From contig NC_135257.1 of the NCBI RefSeq assembly GCF_964204865.1, positions 13,330,001 through 13,394,000 on the forward strand: DNA of 64,000 nt. Reading direction: 5' to 3'. Below, in pieces: positions 27,022 to 40,576 of this stretch (within the stretch, counting starts at the first letter, position 1; each line of letters opens with the position of its first letter). The notes beneath the pieces are model-generated. The model was not told the DNA's origin and ran no database searches. It saw nothing but the letters and a program-made list of their open reading frames with translations. The position numbers and the translations under genes are program-made. Source of the stretch: Styela clava (lineage: Eukaryota).

Positions 27022-27875
27022 NNNNNNNNNNNNNNNNNNNNNNNNNNNNNNNNNNNNNNNNNNNNNNNNNNNNNNNNNNNNNNNNNNNNNNNNNNNNNNN
27101 NNNNNNNNNNNNNNNNNNNNNNNNNNNNNNNNNNNNNNNNNNNNNNNNNNNNNNNNNNNNNNNNNNNNNNNNNNNNNNNNNNNNNNNNNNNNNNNNNNNN
27201 NNNNNNNNNNNNNNNNNNNNNNNNNNNNNNNNNNNNNNNNNNNNNNNNNNNNNNNNNNNNNNNNNNNNNNNNNNNNNNNNNNNNNNNNNNNNNNNNNNNN
27301 NNNNNNNNNNNNNNNNNNNNNNNNNNNNNNNNNNNNNNNNNNNNNNNNNNNNNNNNNNNNNNNNNNNNNNNNNNNNNNNNNNNNNNNNNNNNNNNNNNNN
27401 NNNNNNNNNNNNNNNNNNNNNNNNNNNNNNNNNNNNNNNNNNNNNNNNNNNNNNNNNNNNNNNNNNNNNNNNNNNNNNNNNNNNNNNNNNNNNNNNNNNN
27501 NNNNNNNNNNNNNNNNNNNNNNNNNNNNNNNNNNNNNNNNNNNNNNNNNNNNNNNNNNNNNNNNNNNNNNNNNNNNNNNNNNNNNNNNNNNNNNNNNNNN
27601 NNNNNNNNNNNNNNNNNNNNNNNNNNNNNNNNNNNNNNNNNNNNNNNNNNNNNNNNNNNNNNNNNNNNNNNNNNNNNNNNNNNNNNNNNNNNNNNNNNNN
27701 NNNNNNNNNNNNNNNNNNNNNNNNNNNNNNNNNNNNNNNNNNNNNNNNNNNNNNNNNNNNNNNNNNNNNNNNNNNNNNNNNNNNNNNNNNNNNNNNNNNN
27801 NNNNNNNNNNNNNNNNNNNNNNNNNNNNNNNNNNNNNNNNNNNNNNNNNNNNNNNNNNNNNNNNNNNNNNNNNNN
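27022..27875. other. Assembly gap (N run)
   Basis: 854 consecutive N. Confidence 1.
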
Positions 27876-28996
27876 TCAGAAGGGAAAAACTACTACGTGT
27901 TAAAGATTTACTAATACTTGAGATTTGCACATTGATATTTTTATCTTTTACTGATCAACTCCCTAGTTGCTTTGATCATGTTTTCGTAAATTATAATATT
28001 CGAAATAGCAGAAGTCACACTAATTTTTTGTTCGTATGTGAGAAAATCAATAGCACAAGAATCGATCACATGTTTTGATCCCAAATTGGGGAATCCACTG
28101 ACTAACAGTATTAAAAGCTTAAAAACGACGTCCAAATTTATATCAAAACTTTAAAGACATTTATTAGAATTATATTAGCTTTTGTGCAGTAAGGAAATTC
28201 TACTCTCCAGGCATTATTTTTTAGATACAAAGGGCTCTTTGATGATTGGTGTAAAAAAAGTTGAGTTAGTTACTTCGTTCAATGAGCATATATACAAAGA
28301 GTGGAAACTTCCAAATATTTGCTCATTAATCCATTGTACCCTGCATTTTTTACGTCGTTCAGCTAAATGGTTCGTTACATATGAAGAAAGCATATCGCTC
28401 GCTGCAAAAATCCCTTGCTTGGGCTGCGCCAGTCGCGAAATTGGCAGTATTGAGGCTTTTAATTTTTCGATTCGTGTTCGGTTTTGGGTTTCGAAGTATG
28501 GTACGTTGAAAGCATACTAACTATAAGCATATGCTTATTGGGAATGCATATAGCACAGAATATGAAGTCAAGTGCGGTTATTTCTGATTATAGCATGGGA
28601 TTAAGGTACAAATTTATTCATGGGAAAGGAAAGGGATAAGAAGTACTAAATATATGGCGAACCACAGCTTCTCGCAATCTTAGTTTATAAGGCACTACAA
28701 ACGAAGCCCCAAGGCTCTCCGATTTCAAATCACTCTAGCAGCCTGGGATATCTTGACAATAAAAACGAAGACAAAAGTTTGAAGAATAGCAGGGAATCGG
28801 CTTATCTTCTTTCCACTCCACATGAGTAAATATGTTAATCCCATCCTATATCAAAGAATACAAAGCCCCACGTCCCCCTTTACATGGGTCGTAACTCGTA
28901 ACGAGTGGTGGGATTCAAATTTTTTGTCAGCTGGTTCCATCACAAAAGTCATAGTTTTCGGCCGGTTCTGTTACATGTATTTTTAGTAATGCTGAC

Positions 28997-31900
28997 CAAT
29001 GACATTAAACAACATGATAGGCAACTCTGACGTCACTCCATAAGACTACATGCGAAAGATTGTATTTCATGATACGCTCCAATGCACATATTTCTCGTCG
29101 CCTTTCGCGACGGTTTTCCGCTTGCTTTTGCTACTCGGCGTCTTCTTTACATGTAGTACCTGCCTTTTTGCGCCTGTAACGAAAGAAAATAATCTCTATA
29201 TCTGAGAAGTTTTGCTCATTTGGAAAGCTGGAATGGCAGACAAGCTGTAAAGAGTAATTCTGAACATCATAGACGTTTTTTTTATCAGAGAATATTACAA
29301 ACGCGATAGCGTAAAGATTTGTGTGAAACATTTTGCAGATAATGACAAAGTTCAAAGTTAGTAATTTTAATGTTTGCGCTTAAACATTGAAATTTCATTT
29401 AAAGAGGGTGTCATACAAAACAGCAAAACTGTTTTTACTTCTCTTAAAGGTGCTGTGATACAATTCCATAACACAAAGTTTGCACCTATCGAACTTGTTT
29501 TAGTAGGTGAATTTATTAGACATATTACATATTCAGTTAATCGTAGGTAACATTACTGGTACATAATGCCTCGTAGATAGGTTTGTGTCTAAATTTAGGA
29601 ATTTAGATCATAGCCCGCCAATTAATATTATCTTCTATGCAGGAGATTGCAGGGCTGATTCAACTTGCAGCCTTACCAATCACCTGACGATGCTCATTTA
29701 GTTTGTCTCGAGCAAGTCTTCTTGAAAGACTTGTGTGAATGGAAACTACCTATATGTTTTGCCTTCCTCCGATTTTAGAAGACAAATTCAATCTGAGGAA
29801 TTTTGCATATAATTCTCATTGATTGTTGGCTGTTTATAATTCCTATTAAATGTGAATTCTGATTATATCAAAGAGTTAAACATTTTTTACGTAATTTACG
29901 GGCACTTTTTTCTTGTCAATACTCCAAGCTGAGGTAATAAGCAAGACAATACATTCATGTCATCTGCAAGCAAAACATACACACTAATTAAAAGTTTGAC
30001 ACATTGAGATAATACATCATGACAGAAAATACAAAGATACAGTATGTATGGCCATCACATGGTAATTAAAATTTAAAAAAAATTATTAGAGGCTGTGGAG
30101 TATGAAAAGTTCAAGACAAAGAAAAGAACAAAAGTGCATAGCTCATGAACTCTCAATTCTGCCTCCATTGCTTTGTGAAGGCCAATATATTCCGAGTGGC
30201 TGAATTGGTTTACCTTTATGATAGCAACGGTTTTGTATTTAATATAGCGAGATTTTTTTTCAATTTAATTGAAGTGATATTATTTCCCAAAGCAATGCTT
30301 GAACGTCTAGAATAGATCAGTGGTGTCAAACTCATGGGTTTCGAGAGCCGCATTGCATGTTGGAAATTGTAAAAAGGGCCGCAAACAGTTTTTGATGATG
30401 TATACTCGAGAGATATTTTTCAGATAGTTTTAGTTTGTGACATATATTGTGATGCAACTAATCAGTTGGATTAAGTTTTATTATTTTCTTTAATTTCAAA
30501 TGCAATTACATATTAATATTTGCATTCCACTATTATTGCAAGTTACTGTATTTATTACAAAAAATCATAAAATTCCATGTACAACCATCAAAATCATTTT
30601 TGAACAAGCCTTGGTTAAGGAAAGAATAATATATACACTAAAAATGACTCAATCTAAATATATGAACCTAAAATTAACAAAAATACTACAGTATAAACTC
30701 AATGTTTTTTTAATTACATTTGTCCTGACGTTTGGCATCTTCTTTGTGTCACCAGCATACTAAGGCCAGGCAGAAATGATTTTATAGTACCAACTCTAAC
30801 TAACGAGGTCGCATGATCATGGGTTAATCTGTATCTTTGCAAAAGTTTAATTAATTCCAGTAATGCAAAAAAGTTACTTTTATCATTTCATGTATAGATC
30901 AGTAAAAAAAACAAATGACAGATTTTTTCGACAAGACATTTCACGCTACATTGCATGGCATAGGATTGCTTGAATTATTATTGATATTGATTTTTAGTAA
31001 CTAAGTCGTTGCATATTTATATTAATATACAAACACATGGAAATTTTCTGTTCGGAGTTGGTCTTCGAATTTGTCATATTGACTGCTGAGCTTATTGTGT
31101 TTTTCATTGTACTGATGGAAATATGACAAATTAAACAATGTGCTTCAGAATTTTGTGAAATGCAGAAATATTGCAACTCCCATTTTCTTCGAAAATGCCA
31201 CCTTCTTCGTGTACTTTAATTTAATCACTCAAGTGTTTTATTCAGTATTCTTTTGCTAGCTTGATGTGTATTCTTAATTGAGTCAAAATGTGAACAAAAA
31301 ACTTTCAGTAAATTGTTTTCTGTGTGAATATTCAATTTCACTTTGAAAGGTTTGAAAAATCTTTTACATTTAAATAAAAAAAATTCCAAAATACTATTAC
31401 AATTATTGTTAAGCGTTCGAGGGCCGCACTGGAAGTTCTCTGGGGCCGCCAGTTTGACATCCCTGGTCTAGATTGAAGTTGTCCAAAATATATAACATTA
31501 TTTTATCATGAATCATGATTATACCCTTTTCTGAATTTCTTCTATAGTACTACCAAAATTTGATGAACCAAATATAACACAGGTGTAGTCAGTGAACCGT
31601 AATCCTCATTTTTCAAAGCTGTTTTAAGTATGTCTGGCATATTTTGTGCCTTTTTACAAAGAAGACCGCTTATGTAATCTTACGCTTTGGAATTTTTAGT
31701 TATTTCCCTCAAGCCCTGCAGGATGTAGGGGCCATACACAACTTTACCGGAGGGTCAAATGTCTTTGCATTCCTCCATAGGTTGTTCTTCTATTGCAAAC
31801 ATTTATAGAGTATTCTAATCATATTTCTTGGAATCAAACTGTCACTGATATGTCGCCAGACTTCTGATATCTCCCCTTCAGCTACAGTTGTCCTGTGAAT

Positions 31901-32760
31901 AAATAATAGGAAATTGAGGTTAGACGAATAGTTGAAAGTTTTGTTTTATGTCGGCCTAATTTCTTGATTGATATACTCACTATTATTGCTATTGCCTCTT
32001 GTGCTGCAGGAGTCTCACAATGCTTAGACAGGTCTGTCCACAACTTTCACATCTGTAGGAGAGGAGATGTATTAATTTTCGTTAAGAATAAATAAAGCAG
32101 TCTATATGATTCAGAATGGAAAAGCTAATAAATCCAATATCTTATGTTTTTTGTAAAAAATGTTTTACTGAATTTGGTATATAAACTAACTAATAAAGGG
32201 GTTTAGTCAGAAAATTATAAGCATTCGTGGCTCCAAATACTTGAGAGATCAGACTATACAATATAGACCGGTATGAGGAAATTTTAGGTGAACTTGTTAA
32301 CCCGTTGATTCAATACGCAAATAAAAGTGAATGAGCAATAGTATGTTACAGCAATAAGTATATATCCTCACTGATTAAAAAAATCTAAATGGAGGTGCAT
32401 GAACTATTTGAAACCATAAGGGGTAAGTAAATATGCAATTTCGGCAAATGGGCAACTACGTACCGTACTGAATTAATAACTTCGTAGTATTTGACAAAAG
32501 CTGGCTTTTCCGCGGTGTGATATACAACAATAGTATTTACCTTACTTTTTTCCGATTTATTTTTACCTTCAATTTTCCACATATCATTAAAAACCACAAC
32601 AATTGTCGAAGCAACCTCGAACACCATTCGTGCTATGCCTTGAAAGCAACACACATCCGCTCGTTTTCGTCTCGTCAAGTATGTGCATTGGAGCGTGCTA
32701 TCGAATACGATCTTCGGCCAAAAATGCCGGAGTTGCGCATCATGTTGTTTTATGTCATTG
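28997..32760 (-). mobile_element. P/Galileo-like DNA transposon, decayed, copy A
   Basis: TIR CAATGACATTAAACAACATGAT at both ends (one mismatch); 7-bp TSD tgctgac; nested hAT at 30318-31465. Strand follows the putative transposase relic. Confidence 0.8.
30318..31465 (-). mobile_element. Internally deleted Buster/SPIN-like hAT nested in copy A
   Basis: TIRs CAGTGGTGTCAAAC / GTTTGACATCCCTG; minus-strand relic KVHEEGGIFEEKWELQYFCISQNSEAHCLICH resembles the SPIN/Buster transposase N-terminal zinc finger. Confidence 0.8.
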
Positions 32761-33147
32761 TGCTGACCCATTTGCTGATTTCATTAAATTCCGTGAGACG
32801 GGCTAAATCCCACCACTGGTATTAACCCCCCCCCCCTTTTGGTTTGAGAAAAAAATTTCATGCATGTTGATAGGTATTTGTCTGTATGTCTGTCTGTCTG
32901 TTAGATTCACGCAATATCTCACGAAGGCGTGGTTGAATCTGCTCCAATTTTGCATTTTTGCATGTGCATTCATCATATCTCGGACCAGTAGCCTATTGAT
33001 TTTGGATGAATTTTGCCGTATAATTAGCGAGTTATTAATTAATTAGTGATGAAGAGATCTGGATTTTTACAAAGCGAGAGTTTTCGAGACGCGCTGTATG
33101 TGTGTGTACGTGTCCGATGCCCAAGTTTTGACGCTAGTGAGTCAGAG

Positions 33148-36100
33148 CAATGACATTAAACAACATGATGCGCAACTCCGGCATTTTTGGCCGAAGATCG
33201 TATTCGATAGCACGCTCCAGTGCACATACTTGACGAGACGAAAACGAGCGGATGTGTGTTGCTTTCAAGGCATAGCACGAATGGTGTTCGAGCCTGCTTC
33301 GACAATTGTTGTGGTTTTTAATGATATGTGGAAAATTGAAGGTAAAAATAAATCGGAAAAAAGTAAGGTAAATACTATTGTTGTATATCACACCCGGGCA
33401 TCGCACTGTTAAGTACATGCGGGAAAGCCAGCTTTTGTCAAATACTACGAAGTTATTAATTCAGTACGGTACGTAGTTGCCCATTTGCCGAAATTGCATA
33501 TTTACTTACCCCTTATGGTTTCAAATAGTTCGTGCACCTCCTAGATTTTTTTAATCAGTGAGGATATATACTTATTGCTGTAACATACTATTGCTCATTC
33601 ACTTTTATTTGCGTATTGGATCAACGGGTTAACAAGTTCACCTAAAATTTCACTCATACCGGTCTATATTGTATAGTCTGATCTCTCAGGTATTTGGAGC
33701 CACGAATGCTTATAATTTTCTGAATAAACCCCTTTATTAGTGGGTTTATATACCAAATTCAGTAAAACATTTTTTACAAAAAACATAAGATATTGGATTT
33801 ATTAGCTTTTCCATTCTGAATCATATAGACTGCTTTATTTATTCTTAACGAAAATTAATACATCTCCTCTCCTACAGATGTGAAAGTTGTGGACAGACCT
33901 GTCTAAGCATTGTGAGACTCCTGCAGCACAAGAGGCAATAGCAATAATAGTGAGTATATCAATCAAGAAATTAGGCCGACATAAAACAAAACTTTCAACT
34001 ATTCGTCTAACCTCAATTTCCTATTATTTATTCACAGGACAACTGTAGCTGAAGGGGCGATATCAGAAGTCTGGCGACATATCAGTGACAGTTTGATTCC
34101 AAGAAATATGATTAGAATACTCCATAAATGTTTGCAATAGAAGAACAACCTATGGAGGAATGCAAAGACATTTGACCCTCCGGTAAAGTTGTGTATGGCC
34201 CCTACATCCTGCAGGGCTTGAGGGAAATAACTAAAAATTCCAAAGCGTAAGATTGCATAAGCGGTCTTCTTTGTAAAAAGGCACAAAATATGCCAGACAT
34301 ACTTAAAACAGCTTTGAAAAATGAGGATTACGGTTCACTGACTACACCTGTGTTATATTTGGTTCATCAAATTTTGGTAGTACTATAGAAGAAATTCAGA
34401 AAAGGGTATAATCATGATTCATGATAAAATAATGTTATATATTTTGGACAACTTCAATCTAGACCAGGGATGTCAAACTCGCGGCCCCAGAGAACTTCCA
34501 GTGCGGCCCTCGAACGCTTAACAATAATTGTAATAGTATTTTGGAATTTTTTTTATTTAAATGTAAAAGATTTTTCAAACCTTTTAAAGTGAAATTGAAT
34601 ATTCACACAGGAAACAATTTACTGAAAGTAGTTTTAGAAAGTTAATTTTTTTTGTTCACATTTTGACTCAATTAAGAATACACATCAAGCTAGCAAAAGA
34701 ATACTGAATAAAACACTTGAGTGATTAAATTAAAGTACACGAAGAAGGTGGCATTTTCGAAGAAAATGGGAGTTGCAATATTTCTGCATTTCACAAAATT
34801 CTGAAGCACATTGTTTAATTTGTCATATTTCCATCAGTACAATGAAAAACACAATAAGCTCAGCAGTCAATATGACAAATTCGAAGACCAACTCCGAACA
34901 GAAAATTTTCATGTGTTTGTATATTAATATAAATATACAACGACTTAGTTACTAAAAATCAATATCAATAATAATTCAAGCAATCCTATGCCATGCAATG
35001 TAGCGTGAAATGTCTTGTCGAAAAAATCTGTCATTTGTTTTTTTACTGATCTATACATGAAATGATAAAAGTAACTTTTTTGCATTACTGAAATTAATTA
35101 AACTTTTGCAAAGATACAGATTAACCCATGATCATGTGACCTCGTTAGTTAGAGTTGGTACTATAAAATCATTTCAGCCTGGCCTTAGTATGCTGGTGAC
35201 ACAAAGAAGATGCCAAACGTCAGGACAAATGTAATTAAAAAAACATTGAGTTTATACTGTAGTATTTTTGTTAATTTTAGGTTCATATATTTAGATTAAG
35301 TCATTTTTAGTGTATATATTATTCGTTCCTTAACCAAGGCTTGTTCAAAAATGATTTTGATGGTTGTACATGGAATTTTATGATTTTTTGTAATAAATAC
35401 AGTAACTTGCAATAATAGTGGAATGCAAATATTAATATGTAACTGCATTTGAAATTAAAGAAAATAATGAAACTTAATCCAACTGATTAGTTGCATCACA
35501 ATATATGTCACAAACTAAAACTATCTGAAAAATATCTCTCGAGTATACATTATCAAAAACTGTTTGCGGCCCTTTTTACAATTTCCAACATGCAATGCGG
35601 CTCTCGAAACCCATGAGTTTGACACCACTGATCTATTCTAGACGATTCAAGCATTGCTTTGGGAAATAATATCACTTCAATTAAATTGAAAAAAAATCTC
35701 GCTATATTAAATACAAAACCGTTGCTATCATAAAGGTAAACCAATTCAGCCACTCGGAATATATTGGCCTTCACAAAGCAATGGAGGCAGAATTGAGAGT
35801 TCATGAGCTATGAACTTTTGTTCTATTCTTTGTCTTGAACTTTTCATACTCCACAGCCTCTATTAATTTTAATTACCATGTGGTGGTCATACATACTGTA
35901 TCTTTGTATTTTCTGTCATGATGTATTATCTCAATGTGTCAAACTTTTAATTAGTGTGTATATTTTGCTTGCAGATGACATGAATGTATTGTCTTGCTTA
36001 TTACCTCAGCTTGGAGTATTGACAAGAAAAAAGTGCCCGTAAATTACGTAAAAAATGTTTAACTCTTTGATATAATCAGAATTCACATTTAATAGGAATT

Positions 36101-36944
36101 ATGAACAGCCAACAATCAATGAGAATTATATGCAAAATTCCTCAGATTGAATTTGTCTTCTAAAATCGGAGGAAGGCAAAACATATAGGTAGTTTCCATT
36201 CACACAAGTCTTTCAAGAAGACTTGCTCGAGACAAACTAAATGAGCATCGTCAGGTGATTGGTAAGGCTGCAAGTTGAATCAGCCCTGCAATCTCCTGCA
36301 TAGAAGATAATATTAATTAGCGGGCTATGAGCTAAATTCCTAAATTTAGACACAAACCTATCTACGAGGCATTATGTACCAGTAAAGTTACCTACGATTA
36401 ACTGAATATGTAATATGTCTAATAAATTCACCTACTAAAACAAGTTCGATAGGTGCAAACTTTGTGTTATGGAATTGTATCACAGCACCTTTAAGAGAAG
36501 TAAAAACAGTTTTGCTGTTTTGTATGACACCCTCTTTAAATGAAATTTCAATGTTTAAGCGCAAACATTAAAATTACTAACTTTGAACTTTGTCATTATC
36601 TGCAAAATGTTTCACACAAATCTTTACGCTATCGCGTTTGTAATATTCTCTAATAAAAAAAAAAACGTCTATGATGTTCAGAATTACTCTTTACAGCTTG
36701 TCTGCCATTCCAGCTTTCCAAATGAGCAAAACTTCTCAGATATAGAGATTATTTTCTTTCGTTACAGGCGCAAAAAGGCAGGTACTACACGTAAAGAAGA
36801 CGCCGAGTAGCAAAAGCAATCGGAAAACCGTCGCGAAAGGCGACGAGAAATATGTGCATTGGAGCGTATCATGAAATACAATCTTTCGCATGCAGTCTTA
36901 TGGAGTGACGTCAGAGTTGCCTATCATGTTGTTTAATGTCATTG
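33148..36944 (+). mobile_element. P/Galileo-like DNA transposon, decayed, copy B (inverted relative to A and C)
   Basis: Same 22-bp TIR, perfect; 7-bp TSD gtcagag; nested hAT at 34465-35630; spliced-looking transposase relic around 33330-34405. Confidence 0.8.
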
Positions 36945-37256
36945 GTCAGAGCGATAGATACACATTACACACCGCTAGATCATATCTCGTGATTAATCTT
37001 TAAGTATAGAGGGTCAACATAGAGATGCCACTCTGTGTGACGTCATAGGTTCCGCATGAGTAACGAGGTATGAACTTCTCAGCTTTCCATTTGCCACCAA
37101 ATATTTAAGCCGAACGTTTGTTTGTTGCGACAAGCTACGCGTATTTCTAAGTTATTTATGGTTAGCACTCTAAAATCAAGTTGCGGTAGATCAAGTTGCG
37201 GTATTTATGTCACAGACTGTGAACTGACACAGTACCTACGGTACCGTAAGTTACTG

Positions 37257-40200
37257 CAATGACATTAAACAACATGATAGGCAACTCTGACGTCACTCCA
37301 TAAGGCTACGAGCGAAAGATTGTATTTCATGATACGATCCAATGCACATATTTCTCGTCGCCTTTCGCGACCGTTTTCCGCTCGCTTTTGATACTCGGCG
37401 TCTTCTTTACGTGTAGTACCTGCCTTTTTGCACCTGTAACGAAAGAAAATAATCCCTATATCTAAAAAGTTTTGCTAGCTTGGAAAGCTGGAATGGCAGA
37501 CAAGCTGTAAAGAGCAATTTTGGACACCATAGACGTTTTTTTTTTATCAGAGAAGATTACAAACGCGATAGCGGAAGGATTTGTGTGGAACATTTTGCAG
37601 ATAATGACAAAGTTCAAAATTAGTAATTTTGATGTTTGCGCTTAAACATTGAAATTTCATTTAAAGAGGGTGTCATACAAAACAGCAAAACTGTTCTTCC
37701 TCCCCCTAACGGTGCAGTGATACAATTCCATAACACAAAGTTTGCACCTATCGAACTTGCTTTAATAGGTGAATTTATGATACCGTATGAACATATTGCT
37801 TCGTAGATAGGTTTGTTTAAATTTAGGAATTTAGCTCATAGCCCACTAATTAATATTATCTTCTATGCAATAGTTTAACAGGGCTGAATTCAACTTGCAG
37901 CCTTACCGATCACCTGAAGATGCTCATTTAGTTTGGCTCGAGTAAGTCTTCTTGAAAGACTTGTGTGGATGGAAACTACCTATATATATTTTGCCTTCCT
38001 CCGATTTAAGAAGACAAATTTATTCTGGGGAATTTTGCATATAATTCTCATTGATTGTTGGCTGTTTATAATTCCTATTAATTGTGAATTTTGATTATAA
38101 CAAAGAGTTAAGAAAAATTTTACGTAATTTACTGGCACCTTTTTCTTGTCAATACTCCAAGCTGAGGTAATAAACAAGACAATACATTTATGTCATCTGG
38201 AAGCAAAAAGTGCACACTAATTAATAGTTTGACACATTGAGATAAAACATCATGACAGAAAATACAAGTTAAAGATATGTATGACCATCACATGGTAAAT
38301 AAAATTAAAAAAAACTAAGAGGGGCTGTGGAGTATGAAAAGTTCAAAACAAAGAAAAGAACAAAAGTTCATAGCTCATGAACTCTCAATTTTGCCTCCAT
38401 TGCTTTGTGAAGGCCAATATATTCCAGTGGCTGAATTGGTTTACATTTATGAGAGCAACGATTTTGTATTTAATACAGTGAGATTTTTTTCAATTTAATT
38501 GAAGTGATATTATTTCCCAAAGCAATGCTTGAATCGTCTGGAATAGATCAGTGGTGTCAAACTCATGGGTTTTTGAGAGCCGCATTGCATTTTGGAAATT
38601 GTAAAAAGGGCCTCAAACAGTTTTTGATAATGTATATTTGAAAGATATTTTTAAGATAGTTTTATTGTGATGACACCAAACAGTTGGATTAAGTTTTATT
38701 ATTTTCTTTAATTTCAAATGCAATTACATATTAATATTTGCATTCCACTGTTATTGCAAGTTACTGTATTTATTATAAAAAATCATAAAATTCTATGTAC
38801 AACGCTCAAAATCATTTTTGAACAAGCTTTGGATAAGAAAAGAATAATACATACACTAAAAATGACTTACGGTAATCTAAATATATTGACCTAACAATGT
38901 GCTTGAAAATTTTGTAAAATGCAGAAATATTGCAACTCCCATTTTCTTCGAAAATGCCACCTTCTTCATGTACTTTGCGTTTAATTTAATCACTCAAGTA
39001 TTCTTTTGCTAGCTTGATGTGTATTCTTAATTGGGCCAAAATGTGAACAAAAAATAAAATAATTTTCCAAAACGACTTTCAGTAAATTGTTGTCTGTGTG
39101 AATAATCAATTTCACTTTGAAAGGTTTAAAAAATCTAATACATTTAGATAAAAAAAAAACTTCCAAAATACTATTACAGTTATTGTTAAGCGTTCGAGGG
39201 CCGCAGTGGAAGTTCTCTGGGGCCGCGAGTTTGACATCCCTGGTCTAGATTGAAGTTGTCTAAAATATATATAACAGTATTTTATCATGAATCACGATTA
39301 TACCCTTTCCTGAATTTCTTCCATAGTACTACCAAAAGTTGATGAACCAAAGAACCATTTTCCAAAGCTGTTTTAAATATGTCTGGCGTGTTTTGTGTCT
39401 TTTTACAAATAAGATCGCTTATGCAATCTTACGCTTTGGATTTTTTAGTTATTTTCTTCAAGCCCTTCAGGATGTGGGGGCCATACACAACTCTACCGGA
39501 GGGTCAAATGTCTTTGCATGCCTCCATAGGTTGTTCTTCTATTGCAAACATTTATGGAGCACTCTAATTATATTTCTTGGAATCACACTGTCACTGATAT
39601 GTCGCCAGACTTCTGATATCTCCCCTTCTGCTATAGTTGTTCTGTGAATAAATAATAGGAAATTGAGATTAGACGAATAGTTGAAAGTTTTACTTTATGT
39701 CGGCTTAATTTCTTGATTGATATACTTACTACTTTTGCTATTGCCTCTTGTGCTGCAAGAGTCTCACAATGCTTAGACAGGTTCGTCGACAACTTTCACA
39801 TCTGAAGAAAGATAGGAGATTTATTCATTTTCGTTAAGAATAAATAAAGCAGTCTATATGATTTAGAATGGGAAAGCTAATAAATCCAATATCTCATGAT
39901 TCATGTAAAAAATGTTTTACTGAATTTGGTATATAAACCAACAAATAAAGGGGTTTAGTCAGAAACTTACAAGCCTTCGTGGCTCCAAGTACTTGAGAGA
40001 TCAGATTATACAATATAAACCGGTATGAGTGTAATGTTAGGTGAACTTCTTAACCTTTTGATTCAATACGCAAATAAAAGTTAATGCGTAATAGTATGTT
40101 AGACCAATGAGTATATATCCTGACTGATTAAAAAATCTAAATGGAGGTGCATGAACTATCTGAAACCATAAGGGGTAAGTAACTATGCAATTCCGGCAGA

Positions 40201-40543
40201 TGGCCAACTACGTACCGTACTACGTACCGTGTTTAATAACTTCGTAGTTGTTGACAAAAGCTGGCTTTCCCACATGTACTTAACAGTGCTATGCCCGTGT
40301 GTGACATACAACAATAGTATTTACCTTACCTTTTTCCGATTTCTTTTTACCTCAACTTTCCAAAATTTCATTAAAATCGACAACAACTGTCAAAGCTGGC
40401 ACGAAAACCATCCGTGCTATGCTCGAAAGCAGCACACATCCGCTCGTTTTCGTCTCGTCAAGTATGTGCATTGGAGCGTGCTATCGGATACGATCTTCGG
40501 CCAAAAATGCCGTAGTTGCGCATCATGTTGTTTAATGTCATTG
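37257..40543 (-). mobile_element. P/Galileo-like DNA transposon, decayed, copy C (more diverged, internal deletion)
   Basis: Same 22-bp TIR; 7-bp TSD gttactg; nested hAT at 38549-39242 lacks ~450 bp present in A and B. Confidence 0.8.
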
Positions 40544-40576
40544 GTTACTGACAGTAGAGTAATTATCATATTCAGG

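Larger units (their letters stand above)
28903..32818. mobile_element. Small hAT-like MITE split by insertion of large element copy A
   Basis: Left end (G)AGTGGTGGGATT at 28903 and right end AATCCCACCACTG at 32818 flank copy A. Confidence 0.6.

Noticed and set aside
26886-27930. Three long ORFs (294-342 aa) in the ORF track
   Set aside because: Artefacts of the N run.
32385-33418. Mirror-image ORFs of 94-128 aa on both strands
   Set aside because: They run through the TIRs of copies A and B and are repeated only because the element is; no protein motif recognised.
28997-36944. A/B inverted repeat as a mirrored assembly or a single foldback element
   Set aside because: Each arm has its own TIR pair and distinct TSD, and the arms differ by indels.
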